Source: a virus
Lineage: Duplodnaviria > Caudoviricetes
DNA: 64,000 nucleotides
Virus record (IMG/VR): IMGVR_UViG_3300030511_000001
Span: 17,634 to 81,633 of that record
Strand: one strand, 5' to 3'
Shown: positions 26,377 through 35,900 of the stretch, in pieces
Layout of the letters: every line of letters begins with the position of its first letter
Position numbering within the stretch: the stretch's first letter is position 1
Position numbers and translations under genes: made by a program
Notes under the pieces: generated by a model
What the model saw: the letters and a program-made list of their open reading frames with translations, nothing else
Told to the model about the DNA's origin: nothing
Databases searched by the model: none

Positions 26377-26891
26377 TGCCGTCCTATCCGATCGTCGATC
26401 CCGATGCGTTCCTCACGGTGAACCGTCTCGCCATCTTGCAGCTCCTCCGCGAGATTCCGTACCTCGACCCGACGCAGGGCGGCACGCTGACGTTCGTCAC
26501 CGACCCGCGGACCTCGTTCGACTGGACGACATACACGCCGCCGGCGATGGTGCTGGCGCCGCGCGGTTCCGTGCTCGGCCACGCCGAGAGCAAACAGCAG
26601 GACGGGTGCGTTTTCGAGGAGGACTTGCAGTGGGCGCTGTTCGTGGTCGGGCGCAACTACGCGCTCGACGGCAGCGGCGTCGCCGACATCGCGCCAGGCG
26701 AGCCGACCGTCGAGGTGATGCTCCACCACGCGCGGATCGCACTCTACGGCCGCGTGGCGATGCTCTCGCCGCGGGCTGTGAAGGTCATGCCGGCCAACCC
26801 GCCGTTTTCCTCGCTCCCTCTCGAGCCGACGCGCGTGGTCTATCAGATGAACATCCGCACGAATTGGCTCATCCAGGGCCCGGTGCCGTGA
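26376..26891 (+). CDS. putative tail terminator protein
   Basis: Size and position after the morphogenesis gene; C-terminal VVYQMNIRT strand. Confidence 0.55.
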   Translation: MPSYPIVDPDAFLTVNRLAILQLLREIPYLDPTQGGTLTFVTDPRTSFDWTTYTPPAMVLAPRGSVLGHAESKQQDGCVFEEDLQWALFVVGRNYALDGSGVADIAPGEPTVEVMLHHARIALYGRVAMLSPRAVKVMPANPPFSSLPLEPTRVVYQMNIRTNWLIQGPVP

Positions 26892-27322
26892 TCCGACTTC
26901 CGCACGTCCGACAGGAGGATCGGTGGGGCTGCACGATCGCCGTGGTGGCAATGGTCACAGGGTGGAGCTATCGGGACGTCCGCGCGCTGTTCCCCACAAG
27001 CGTCGCTGAGCGCGAAGGTCTGATGCTGTGGGAGGTGTTCCAGACGTTCGCATGGTTCGGCTACGCGCTGCGTGTGTTCGGCCAGCAGAAATATGCCTTC
27101 TGGCCGGAGTGCGAGCGAGCTGCCGCCGGCGAGCCGTTCGCCGACGTGCACGTGTGCGAGGTTGTCGATTTCGAGGGCGCGGACGGCCATCATCTCGTCG
27201 TAATGCTCGCTGATGGCTCCGTGCTCGATCCGCTCCGCGAGCAGCCGCGCCGATTGTCGGACTATCACGCCGTCGTGTACGTCGCGGGCGTCTATCCGAT
27301 CGACCCGCGGCCAGCGCCATGA
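26888..27322 (+). CDS. papain-like cysteine peptidase (C39-like)
   Basis: VRQEDRWGCTIAVVAMV (Q,C) ... HHLVV (H) ... VLDP (D). Confidence 0.7.
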   Translation: MIRLPHVRQEDRWGCTIAVVAMVTGWSYRDVRALFPTSVAEREGLMLWEVFQTFAWFGYALRVFGQQKYAFWPECERAAAGEPFADVHVCEVVDFEGADGHHLVVMLADGSVLDPLREQPRRLSDYHAVVYVAGVYPIDPRPAP

Positions 27323-27549
27323 CGCACTCCATCATCATCAGCGAGTCCACGCCGTTCATCCTGGCCGACACGTGGTGCGGGCCGCGCTACATCGGCCGGC
27401 GACGGTGCTTCGCGTGTGGAGCTCGAGCACGGCGACGCCACCGCGTGACGCTAGTGCTGGTGCATCTCGCGACGCTGGACGTAGCACCCGCGTACGTGCA
27501 GCCGCGGCGCTGGCCGGTCTGCTGGCGGTGCGCCCGCGAGCTCCGGTAG
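27319..27549 (+). CDS. small Zn-finger protein
   Basis: CFAC...CWRC; ATGA overlap. Confidence 0.55.
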   Translation: MTHSIIISESTPFILADTWCGPRYIGRRRCFACGARARRRHRVTLVLVHLATLDVAPAYVQPRRWPVCWRCARELR

Positions 27550-27693
27550 CTCCTCGTCGATCGGCTGCTGCGCGGCGTGAATAATTCGGCGCATAAAATG
27601 CGCGCGAAAAGACACGGTGCTAAGCATTCTGCGAGGTAAGCCTTTCCGGTGCAGTGGTTTCAGCATGCCGTGGCCACGCCGCGCTGCAGTGAA

Positions 27694-27873
27694 TCAATCC
27701 GCCGTGCGGAGGCGAACCGCGACGATGACTCCGGCAGCTTCGTACGCTCTGCGCCGGATTTCACGCTGATGCTCCTCGAGGGCGCGGATGACCTCCTCGT
27801 CGGGCAGTCGGAACACGAGCCCGGAGACAGGATCGGCGTACGGATTGAGGTTCGGCGTGGCGTCGTCGGGCAT
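27694..27873 (-). CDS. small hypothetical protein, likely leaderless
   Basis: MPDDATP start 7 nt after GCGTAGAAT. Confidence 0.5.
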   Translation of the reverse strand: MPDDATPNLNPYADPVSGLVFRLPDEEVIRALEEHQREIRRRAYEAAGVIVAVRLRTAD

Positions 27874-27888
27874 GTGCGAGATTCTACG

Positions 27889-28010
27889 CGGGGCGGGCAC
27901 GGAATCGAACCGTGCACCTCCGCGGCAGAGCCCTCCCGGCATTCACTCCGGCGACCGACCCGCGGAACCGACTGAAGGCCGGCCTCCGACCCACTGGAGA
28001 CGACCACCCC
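27889..28010 (-). ncRNA. tRNA-Sec-like RNA with a truncated anticodon loop and a giant variable arm
   Basis: 7-bp acceptor GGGGTGG/CCGCCCC, 6-bp D stem, CTTCA loop, T-arm GCACGG-TTCGATT-CCGTGC, G73; TAGAAT 6 nt upstream. Confidence 0.7.
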
Positions 28011-28019
28011 GCGCCGATT

Positions 28020-28459
28020 CTACGTGTTCGCGATGCGCACGCGCGTGCTGTCGAACAGCTTGAACGAGGTATCCCCGACGTGCGCGCAGGTCGCGCCCCA
28101 AATGATGTGCACGCGCGTCACCTTGCCGATCGGTTCGTCCCGATCGTTGAGGAGCGTGTCGCCGGGGTGGAGCTCGTCGGGCGAGATGGAGATCGCGCGG
28201 TGCGCGGTTGCACCCCTGGCAGCGGGAGCTCGCCACGCTGGCGCGCGGCGGCCACAGCCTGTCCCATACGCGACGTCGACGGCGCAGTCGCGCAGTCGCG
28301 GCAGATGCCGTCCAGAAACTCCTGATTCGTGCTGTGGGCGATCATGCCCGGCAGATTGCCGGCGGGGCACTCGCGACAGAGCGCCAAGAGATCGGCGATG
28401 TTCAGGGTGTAGCCGAGGACTTGCTTGCGGGGGGCGGCGGCCTTCGTCGTGTTTTCCAT
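28020..28459 (-). pseudogene. leaderless early gene split by a 1-nt frameshift (or recoded)
   Basis: MENTTK frame runs into low-complexity sequence; the -1 frame carries AISISPDELHPGDTLL...; total 440 nt. Confidence 0.5.
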
Positions 28460-28465
28460 GCGCCC

Positions 28466-28494
28466 AATGTAATGCTAACCGGTAAGCATGTCAA
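28466..28494 (-). promoter_or_regulatory. class I promoter/operator
   Basis: TTGACA-17-TACATT with the palindrome; ATG 6 nt downstream. Confidence 0.85.
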
Positions 28495-28576
28495 GGGGGC
28501 GGGTGTAGAATCTCCGCAGTCAAGTCGAGACCCGAAGCACCTGCAGCACCCAGTCACGTCAAGTTCAGGAGGCACC

Positions 28577-29164
28577 ATGGACAACACCACCGGAAACACC
28601 GGCGCCGAGGGCGCCGTGGCCGGAAACACCGGCACCACCTTCCGCATCCCGGGCACTGTCGAAGTCACCTCGCCCAACACCTTCAGCATCGGCACTCCCG
28701 GCAACGGGCCGACCATGTCGCTCGACGGGACGCCCGTCGACTTCAGTCTGTTCGACGCGCGGCTGTTCGCGCTGCGCGAGCTGAAGGATTACACCGCGCA
28801 CCTCGTTGGCGGTCTACTGACGATCATGGAGGCGGTCGTCACCGACGCGAAGCAACTCACGGCCGTGAAATCGCTCGTGAAGCGCGAAGTGTGGGAGGCG
28901 CACTACGAGGAGGCGTTGCGGTGGGCGCAGCGCCAGGCGGAGATCGAATTCAAAGCACTCGCCGCCTGGGACGCCTATCGCAGCACCGAGGAGGCGTCAC
29001 GAAGCGCGTCCGGCGGCCCGCACCCCGTCGCGCCGCAGTCGTGGGCCGACGTCGTCACCGATCGCTTCATCGGCGTGAACGCCGCGTGGAACGTCTTCCC
29101 GTTCAGCCGCAACGGCGCGCCCGCGCCGATCGACGAGCGATTCCCCGACGCTGTGTCGCGGTAA
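28577..29164 (+). CDS. hypothetical protein
   Basis: SD AGGAGG; TGTAGAAT -10 at ~28504. Confidence 0.7.
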   Translation: MDNTTGNTGAEGAVAGNTGTTFRIPGTVEVTSPNTFSIGTPGNGPTMSLDGTPVDFSLFDARLFALRELKDYTAHLVGGLLTIMEAVVTDAKQLTAVKSLVKREVWEAHYEEALRWAQRQAEIEFKALAAWDAYRSTEEASRSASGGPHPVAPQSWADVVTDRFIGVNAAWNVFPFSRNGAPAPIDERFPDAVSR

Positions 29165-29201
29165 TCACATAGCCGTCACATAAAACCCGCTCGACTTGAC
29201 C

Positions 29202-29234
29202 GCGGGCCGGCGCGTGGCCGGCCCGCACCTTTCC
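29202..29234. terminator. hairpin between convergent genes
   Basis: GCGGGCCGGC/GCCGGCCCGC 10-bp stem. Confidence 0.6.
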
Positions 29235-29606
29235 TCAGCGCGCGGCGCTCGCCAGGTCGGCGACGTCGTACCACGTGAACGGCCAGACGCTACAGAACAC
29301 GTAGCGGACATGCCGCTCGCGCGCGAGCGCGTCGAAGCACAAGGCGCACAGCTCGTGCTCGCCCCATTCCGGCGTGGCGACGGCGTCCCAACATGCCCGC
29401 GTGACCGTGTAGCCGATGACGATGGGGCGCTCGCATCGTTCGCAGAGCTCCGGAAGGGCCAGCGGGAGGACCGTGACCTGCGTCCGCTCGCACTCCTCGA
29501 GCTGTTGCATGAACTTCTGGAACTCCGCGCGGGCATCTTCGTCCCAGTCGAGCCACGCGGCGAAGCGGTAGACGATCTCAGTGAGGGCTTTTCGGATTTT
29601 TCTCAT
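29235..29606 (-). CDS. hypothetical Zn-finger protein
   Basis: CERC...CALCF. Confidence 0.6.
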   Translation of the reverse strand: MRKIRKALTEIVYRFAAWLDWDEDARAEFQKFMQQLEECERTQVTVLPLALPELCERCERPIVIGYTVTRACWDAVATPEWGEHELCALCFDALARERHVRYVFCSVWPFTWYDVADLASAAR

Positions 29607-29700
29607 GCGATGGAAGACACGGAAGCGGCCGAATGGTGGCGGCGCGGACGATGGCGCCCCTCAGATAGTGACGTTCGCCGCTGATCCGTTTCAGCCGGAC

Positions 29701-29716
29701 TGTTCCACGTGGAACA
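29701..29716. promoter_or_regulatory. parS: parS site (chromosomal ParB type)
   Basis: Perfect 16-bp palindrome TGTTCCACGTGGAACA in a 630-bp intergenic gap. Confidence 0.8.
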
Positions 29717-30242
29717 CGCGCGCGTGCGCGCGCGCGGAGGGCCCAACTTGACGAATTGCGCAAGTTGCCGGTTTAGCGTTCGAAGCGGTCAACACGTTGA
29801 CCATTCGGGCCAAATGTAAACAGGCGCTTTACAGCTTTACATCGGCTCTGCGCAAATAACTATCGGATTTCGGCCCGGAAAAGTTGCGTGGTTTCTCACT
29901 TTTTGCGTGAAGCGCCGCGCGCCCGCGAACCGCCTGCACCAGCGCCTTCACTCCGGCGCGGCCTACGGGTCTACCGCTTGGTGGGTTCCGTCATGGCGTC
30001 CCGGCCCAACGTCGCACGCCGCGCGCGGCGCGATCGCATTGTAGTGGCGGGACTTGCGAAGTCTCCCCGCCTTTGTGCGACGCTGGCAGAGTCAACGACG
30101 CTTCTGAACCTGACGGCAGGGCCGCTCGGTTCACTGGGGGGCGTTGGAAAGTAGCCGCGAGAGCTCGTCGAGCGTGGGGGCGCGACACGAGAGCGAGCGG
30201 CGGAACGGTCCAACAACTCATTTTCAGTGAAGGAGTTCCACC

Positions 30243-31520
30243 ATGCCGCCTTACGGTCAGGGAACGAGCGAATCGCTCACTCTCGGCTTCGAAAACGGCT
30301 TCAAGACGATGCCCAACGCGCCGGTCACCGGCGACAAGGTGCCCGTCACGAGCCCGAACATCCGCCCCGAGCGGAACAAGTTCACCTCCAACGCACTCAC
30401 CGGCTCCCATGAGCCCCGGCCGATCGTCTTCGGGAAGGTCGGCGTCTCCGGTTCGTTCGGTCTCGAGTGCAATCCCGCTTCGCTGATGCCGGTCTGCAAG
30501 GGCCTGTTCGGCGGCGTCCGCAGCAGCGGCGTCTCCGGCGTCTTTGCCGTCGAGTACTACCTCTCGACGATGCTGCCGATGTTCATCCAGCAGAGCCACG
30601 CCGACATCAATCAGTATCTCCTCTGGAACGGCATCTACCTCGGCTCGACCACGTGGCAGTTCGGGTCCGAAGGTCTGATGGAGTGCACGGTCAACGTCAT
30701 GGGCGCGAAGCAGTCCGTCTTCAGCGCCACGCAGATCGGCGGCACCGTCACCGACCGCACCGGCTATGAGCCGTTCTCCTACCTCCTCGTCCGCATCAAA
30801 CAGGGCGGGACGGTCATCGGCTATTCGCAGGCCGTCGAGCTCACGATCGATCGGAAGCTCGGCAAGGCGATGGCCCAGGACCAGACGAACGAGGTGGCCG
30901 TCGTCTTCTCGGAAGTCGCCGAGATCATGGGCAAGATGACGGCGCTGTTTCAGGACGCCACGCTCCTGAACCTCGCGCTGTCGGGCGCGGAAACGTCGCT
31001 CGAAATCTGGCTCCCGAGCATCAACGGCTTCGGCCTGCTCGTCGAGCTGCCCACCATCAAGTTCCGCCCGCCCGCGGTCGTCACGAACGGCACGGGCCTC
31101 GTCACGCAGGAGCTGGAGTTCGACGTCTACGGGAAGGCCGGCGTGAGCCTGCACCCGGGCCGCGTGCGCTCCAACTACATCAGCGGATCCACCACCGCGC
31201 TCGACACGCTCACCCTCGTCATCGCCGTCGACGGCGGCGCCGATCAGACGGTGACGTTCGCGAACCCGGCCGACGTGAACGCCGTCGTCACGCAGATCAA
31301 CGCGCAGACGACCGGCCTGACGGCGAGCCTCGACCGCGCGGCGACGGACACCACCGCCGGCGTGATCCGCATCGAGTCGGACACGAAGGGCACGACGTCG
31401 AGTGTCGTGGTGAAGGCCGCGTCGACCGCGGACGTGATCCTCGGCTTCGACAACGCCGTCCACTCGGGTCTCGACGGCAAATCCATCCTCGTCACCATTC
31501 TCACGCCGGTCGCGGCGTAA
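30243..31520 (+). CDS. major tail tube protein with an inserted C-terminal beta domain
   Basis: GFENGF..P...RNKFTSNALTG..P...G.VGVSG...; position before chaperone and tape measure. Confidence 0.8.
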   Translation: MPPYGQGTSESLTLGFENGFKTMPNAPVTGDKVPVTSPNIRPERNKFTSNALTGSHEPRPIVFGKVGVSGSFGLECNPASLMPVCKGLFGGVRSSGVSGVFAVEYYLSTMLPMFIQQSHADINQYLLWNGIYLGSTTWQFGSEGLMECTVNVMGAKQSVFSATQIGGTVTDRTGYEPFSYLLVRIKQGGTVIGYSQAVELTIDRKLGKAMAQDQTNEVAVVFSEVAEIMGKMTALFQDATLLNLALSGAETSLEIWLPSINGFGLLVELPTIKFRPPAVVTNGTGLVTQELEFDVYGKAGVSLHPGRVRSNYISGSTTALDTLTLVIAVDGGADQTVTFANPADVNAVVTQINAQTTGLTASLDRAATDTTAGVIRIESDTKGTTSSVVVKAASTADVILGFDNAVHSGLDGKSILVTILTPVAA

Positions 31521-31528
31521 GGAGCCCC

Positions 31529-31560
31529 GCGGGCGGTGCTCACCACACCGCCCGCAAAAA
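31529..31560. terminator. hairpin after the tail tube gene
   Basis: GCGGGCGGTG/CACCGCCCGC followed by AAAAA. Confidence 0.5.
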
Positions 31561-31585
31561 ATCTGAAGGAGAGAACGAAAGCATC

Positions 31586-32119
31586 ATGGATATTCGCAAC
31601 GCAATCGTCACCACCCCCGGCCGCACGCGCATCGTTCACCCGCTGTCCGACCCGAAGAAGGTTCACCCGCGCTTTCTCGACCCCGAGTTCTTCGTCGAGG
31701 TGAAGGAGGAATCCAACACCGCGACGGCGCGCCGGTGGGACCTCTTCAAGTTCAATCCGAACAACCTGAAGGACAAGCGGTACGCCGAGAAGCAGATGAA
31801 GGTGGCCGAGCAGTCCGTGCAGGATCTCGTCGTCAACTTCGGCGGCCTGTTCAACGCCGGCGAGCCGATCGCGTGCAACCCGGAAGGGCGCGCGCTGCTC
31901 ACCCGCGCATCGGTGGAGTGCTTCGTCCAGGACGAGGACGAGGACGAGACGGTGAAGACCGCGGTCGGCAAGGTCGGCGACGACGAGCCGGAAGACGAAC
32001 GCGAGGAAGCCCTCGACCTCGAGGAGCGTGAGACCGAGTGGAAGTCGCTGTGGGTGCTCACGCAGGAAGCGATCGCCGATCAGAAGAAGGAAGAAGCGGG
32101 AAACTCGACGCGCTCGTAG
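31586..32119 (+). CDS. tail assembly chaperone (gpG-like)
   Basis: Between tube and tape measure; ends at the GGGAAAC slippery site. Confidence 0.75.
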   Translation: MDIRNAIVTTPGRTRIVHPLSDPKKVHPRFLDPEFFVEVKEESNTATARRWDLFKFNPNNLKDKRYAEKQMKVAEQSVQDLVVNFGGLFNAGEPIACNPEGRALLTRASVECFVQDEDEDETVKTAVGKVGDDEPEDEREEALDLEERETEWKSLWVLTQEAIADQKKEEAGNSTRS

Positions 32120-32532
32120 CCTACTTTTTCGGGGAGCCGGTGTCGGGCGGACAACGGCAATCCCCAGGCAAGAGCGCATGTGATCTTTGCCGCCTACGTG
32201 GTCTCGAGGCCGGGTTGCCGAAGAAGGACAACCCGGCCGAACAGATTTGTTTCGCAAACCGCGCGGCAGGGCCGGGCGGCTGTATCAACCCGGAGCCGAC
32301 CGTTCACTTCCGCCTTGCGGGGACGTGGGCCGTCGTGGGGCTTGTGCAGCAGGGCTATCGCGCTGACGGGATGACCGGGCGTTTTGAGCGGCCGTCATGG
32401 GCCGACATCGAGACGATAGCGCGGGGCTGCGGCGAGCCCTGGGACGAGACCACGATCGCGCGCCTGACGAAGTGGCTCGCCGGCTTCGATGATCGGTTGC
32501 CGAAGCCGAAGTCCAAAGGAGCCGCGCGATGA
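31586..32532 (+). CDS. tail assembly chaperone -1 frameshift product (gpGT-like)
   Basis: G GGA AAC at 32098-32104; -1 frame open to 32532 with no own start/SD. Confidence 0.7.
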
Positions 32533-32945
32533 AAAAGACGGTTGCCACGCTCGTCATGCTGATCGCTGGCGCCTTCGCCGCGCTCGTCCTCGCCGACGAG
32601 CCGGCGCCGGCGCCCTCGCGTCCTGTCATTCCGATCGCCAAGGCGAAGAAGGGCTGCACGTTCCGTGTGGGCGGGCTGCGCAACTCCGTCTATTACGAAG
32701 CGGCGTACATCGTCGCGAAGCGCCTCATGCCGATCGGCGAGCCGGACGAGTTCTGGATCGTCTTCCCGAATCGCGAGCAGGACCGCGACGAGTCGGGCCA
32801 CCTCCGGACGAACAACGTCAGCGCCGATCGCGTGCTGTTCATGAGCCCCAAAGACGGGCCGGTGATCGTGCTGCGCGATGGCCTGAAGTGCAAGTGCCCG
32901 CCGGCGCTGTGGGGAGCTGCGAGCGGAGTGAGCGCGGAGCACTGA
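32529..32945 (+). CDS. secreted protein (moron-like)
   Basis: Signal peptide MKKTVATLVMLIAGAFAALVLA. Confidence 0.7.
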   Translation: MKKTVATLVMLIAGAFAALVLADEPAPAPSRPVIPIAKAKKGCTFRVGGLRNSVYYEAAYIVAKRLMPIGEPDEFWIVFPNREQDRDESGHLRTNNVSADRVLFMSPKDGPVIVLRDGLKCKCPPALWGAASGVSAEH

Positions 32946-32946
32946 G

Positions 32947-35900
32947 ATGGACATCGTCCAGGGCGTACGGATTGAGGTGTCCACCCGCGGTGCGGATCGC
33001 ATCGCGCAGGTGGGGCGTCAGATCGACGATCTGACCGGGAAGCTGTCGAAGCTGAACGGAGCCTCTCTGTCCGGACTGAACGGCGCGCTCAACGCCGCGG
33101 CGCAGGCCGCCGCCGGCATTCTCAAGACGGTCACGAAGGTCTCCGAAGACGTTGCGCGCTCAACCTCGCGCATGACGCAGCAGGCCGTGCGCGAGGCGCA
33201 GACGTCCGCGAAGGAGCGCGCGCGGCAGGAGACGATCGTCGCGAAGGAGGCCGAGCGCACCGCCAAGTTGCAGGAGGCGGCGGCGCAGCGCGCGGCGAAG
33301 GAACAGGAGCGCGCGTCCGCGCGAGCTGCCAAGGCCGCCGAGCAAGCGGCGAAACAGGCGGAGGCGGCGGAGTGGCGGAAGCTGCTCGCCGCAGAGCGTG
33401 TCGCGCAGCGCCAGGCGCGCGCGGCGGAGGAAGCCGCGGCCGCGGTGAAGAAGGCCGCCGATGCCGCCGCACGTGAGCAGGAGAAGGCCGCGAAGAAGGC
33501 CGCCGACATCATCGAGCGCGAGGCCGCGCGAGCTGCCAAAGCTGCGGCCAAAGAGGCGGAGAAACAGAAGAAGGCCGCCGAGGAGATGGCGAAGGCCACG
33601 GCGGCCGCCGCGCGATCGCTCGGCAACACCACCGCCGGCAAAGGAACGCCCGGAGGCCGCGACGCGATCGCGGAGATGGGCCTCTCCATCAAACAGCTTC
33701 AGAGCATGAGCCCGACGAAGGCGTTCAACGAAGTGAAGAACGCCATCATGCAGATCAGCGATCCGACGCAGCGCGCGTCCATGGCGATCCGCATCTTCGG
33801 CGACGAGGGCCGGCGCCTCGGCCCGCAGCTCGAGTTCGGCGTGAAGGAACTCAAGATCCTCGACGCGGCCGCGCGCAAGGCGAAGGAGCCCGTCGACGAG
33901 CTGGCCGATGCGCTGAAGCGTCTCGGTAAATCCACGAACGACCTCGAAAAGCTCGAGGCGCTACGCACGCTCGGGCTCAACCCCGAGCAGATCATCAAAG
34001 GCAAGCCGGAAGCGGCGCTCGTCGCCATTCAGATGGCGCTCCGCGGAGTGAAAGACCCCGCGCAGCGCGCGCAACTCGCCATCGCTCTGCTCGGCCAGGC
34101 CGGCAAAAAAATGGCCGACGAGATGAATCAGGGAAGCGCCATCCTGAAGTTCTTCGGGCAGGTGCTCGGCGGCCTGTTCCCGGGACTCATCGGCGGAAAC
34201 ATCCTCGCGAACCTGCTGACGATGGCGATTCTCAAAGTCATCGACGCGGTGAAGTGGCTCGCCGACAAGATGATCGAGGCCGTGAAGATGGGAGTTACCT
34301 ACAACTCCTTCCTTCGCGAGACGGAGCTCGGCATCGCTTCGCTCGTCATGACGTACGGCAAGTGGATCGACGCGCAGGGCAACGTCGTCGCCTCCACGCG
34401 GGCGTTCGCGCTTTCGCAGGTGCTCGCGAAGGACGTGCTCGAGCAGGCCCGCGTCGCCGCGCTCGAGACCACGGCCACGTTCCCCGAGATGACGCGCGCG
34501 CTTCAGGAGGGCATGGGGCCCGCGCTGCAGGCCGGTCTCAATCCGGACAACATCGTCAAGTTCACCCAGGCGATGACGCAGGCCGCCGGCGCGATCGGGC
34601 TACCGTTCGATCAGCTCGGGCAGGAAATCCGCGGCGTGCTCGAGTTCGACCTCTCCCGCAACAGCCGCATCGCGCGAATGCTGTTTCAGGGCATGGGCAA
34701 GAGCGCGGATGAACTGCGAAACCAGTTCAACGCGATGACCGCCTCGGCCAAGTTCGACTACCTCATGGAGAAGCTGAAGGCGTTCAGCGCCGCCGGCGAA
34801 GCCCTCGCCCGCACTCCGAAGGGCGCGATGTCGAACCTGAAGGACGCCATCGAGCAGATGATGGGCGAGGGCACCACGCAGCTCACGAAGGACTTCACCG
34901 AAGCGGTGCTGCAGCTTTCCCAGTCCTTCCTCATCACCGGAACGAACGGAAAGAAGGCGTTCGATCCGACGCTCATCCAGGCCATCAAAGACGCCTACAA
35001 GGCGGTCGACGAGTTCGGCATGCAGCTCCTCGACCTCGCGGAGACGTGGGCGGCGCTGAACGGCCAGTCGATCAAATTCGAAGGCGAGACCACGTTCGAA
35101 CGTCTTGCCGACGCCGTCCGCCAGGTCACGCACGACCTGCGCGAGCTGATGGCGATGTACAAGGAATTCAAAGAGCTCGGGCCGATCGAGCGCGCGATGC
35201 CGTGGGCGCCGCTGACTGCCGCGAAGCGCGGCGAACAGCGCGTGGCGGAGGAGGACGAGTGGCTGAAGGGCATCGCCGATCCGAACGTCGCGAAATACAT
35301 CGCGCAGCACATGGAGTCGGAGGATGACCGGAAGTGGATTCGCGACAACATCGGCTGGCTGAAGAAGTTTCAGGCCGGGAACATGCCGGAGCCCGCGGAA
35401 GGCGCCGGATTCAACACGAGCGACGTTCCGGATATGTACCTGCCGGCGGGCAAGCCGGACAACGCCGAGACGGCGCAGAAGATCCTCGTCACGCAAAAGC
35501 AGGTCGAGGCCGCGCAGATTCAGGCGCAGCTCGCCGGCACCGGCAACGCGCTCGCGCGTGAGCGGCTGCAACTCGAAATCGGCATCCTGAACGCTTCCGA
35601 AAAGCTCGCGAAGTCGAAGATCGACATCGAGAAGGCCGAGGGCTCGACGGCGCAGAAGGCCGCCATGACGGCGCTCGCGCAGCAGATGGCCGACGCCGAG
35701 AAGACGCAGGCGCGGCGCGGGTACGAGCTCGCCACCGAGCGCATCGCGAAACAGGAGGCCGACCAGGTTGCGGCGCAGCGCGAGCAGCTTGACCTGCTGC
35801 GGCAGCAGCTCGGCACCGCCGGCGAGCTCAGTGCGCTCGTCAAAGAGCGCGTCGACCACGACGCACGGCTCGCGTCGATTGAGGCCGAGCGCCAGGCGCA

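Noticed and set aside
27586-27613. dif-like site (GCGCATAA resembles the XerC arm)
   Set aside because: No XerD arm (TTATGTTAAAT-like) at the required 6-bp spacing.
29803-29821. ATTCGGGCCAAATGTAAAC as a 14th class II site
   Set aside because: The right half is out of register by one base and mismatched; not counted.
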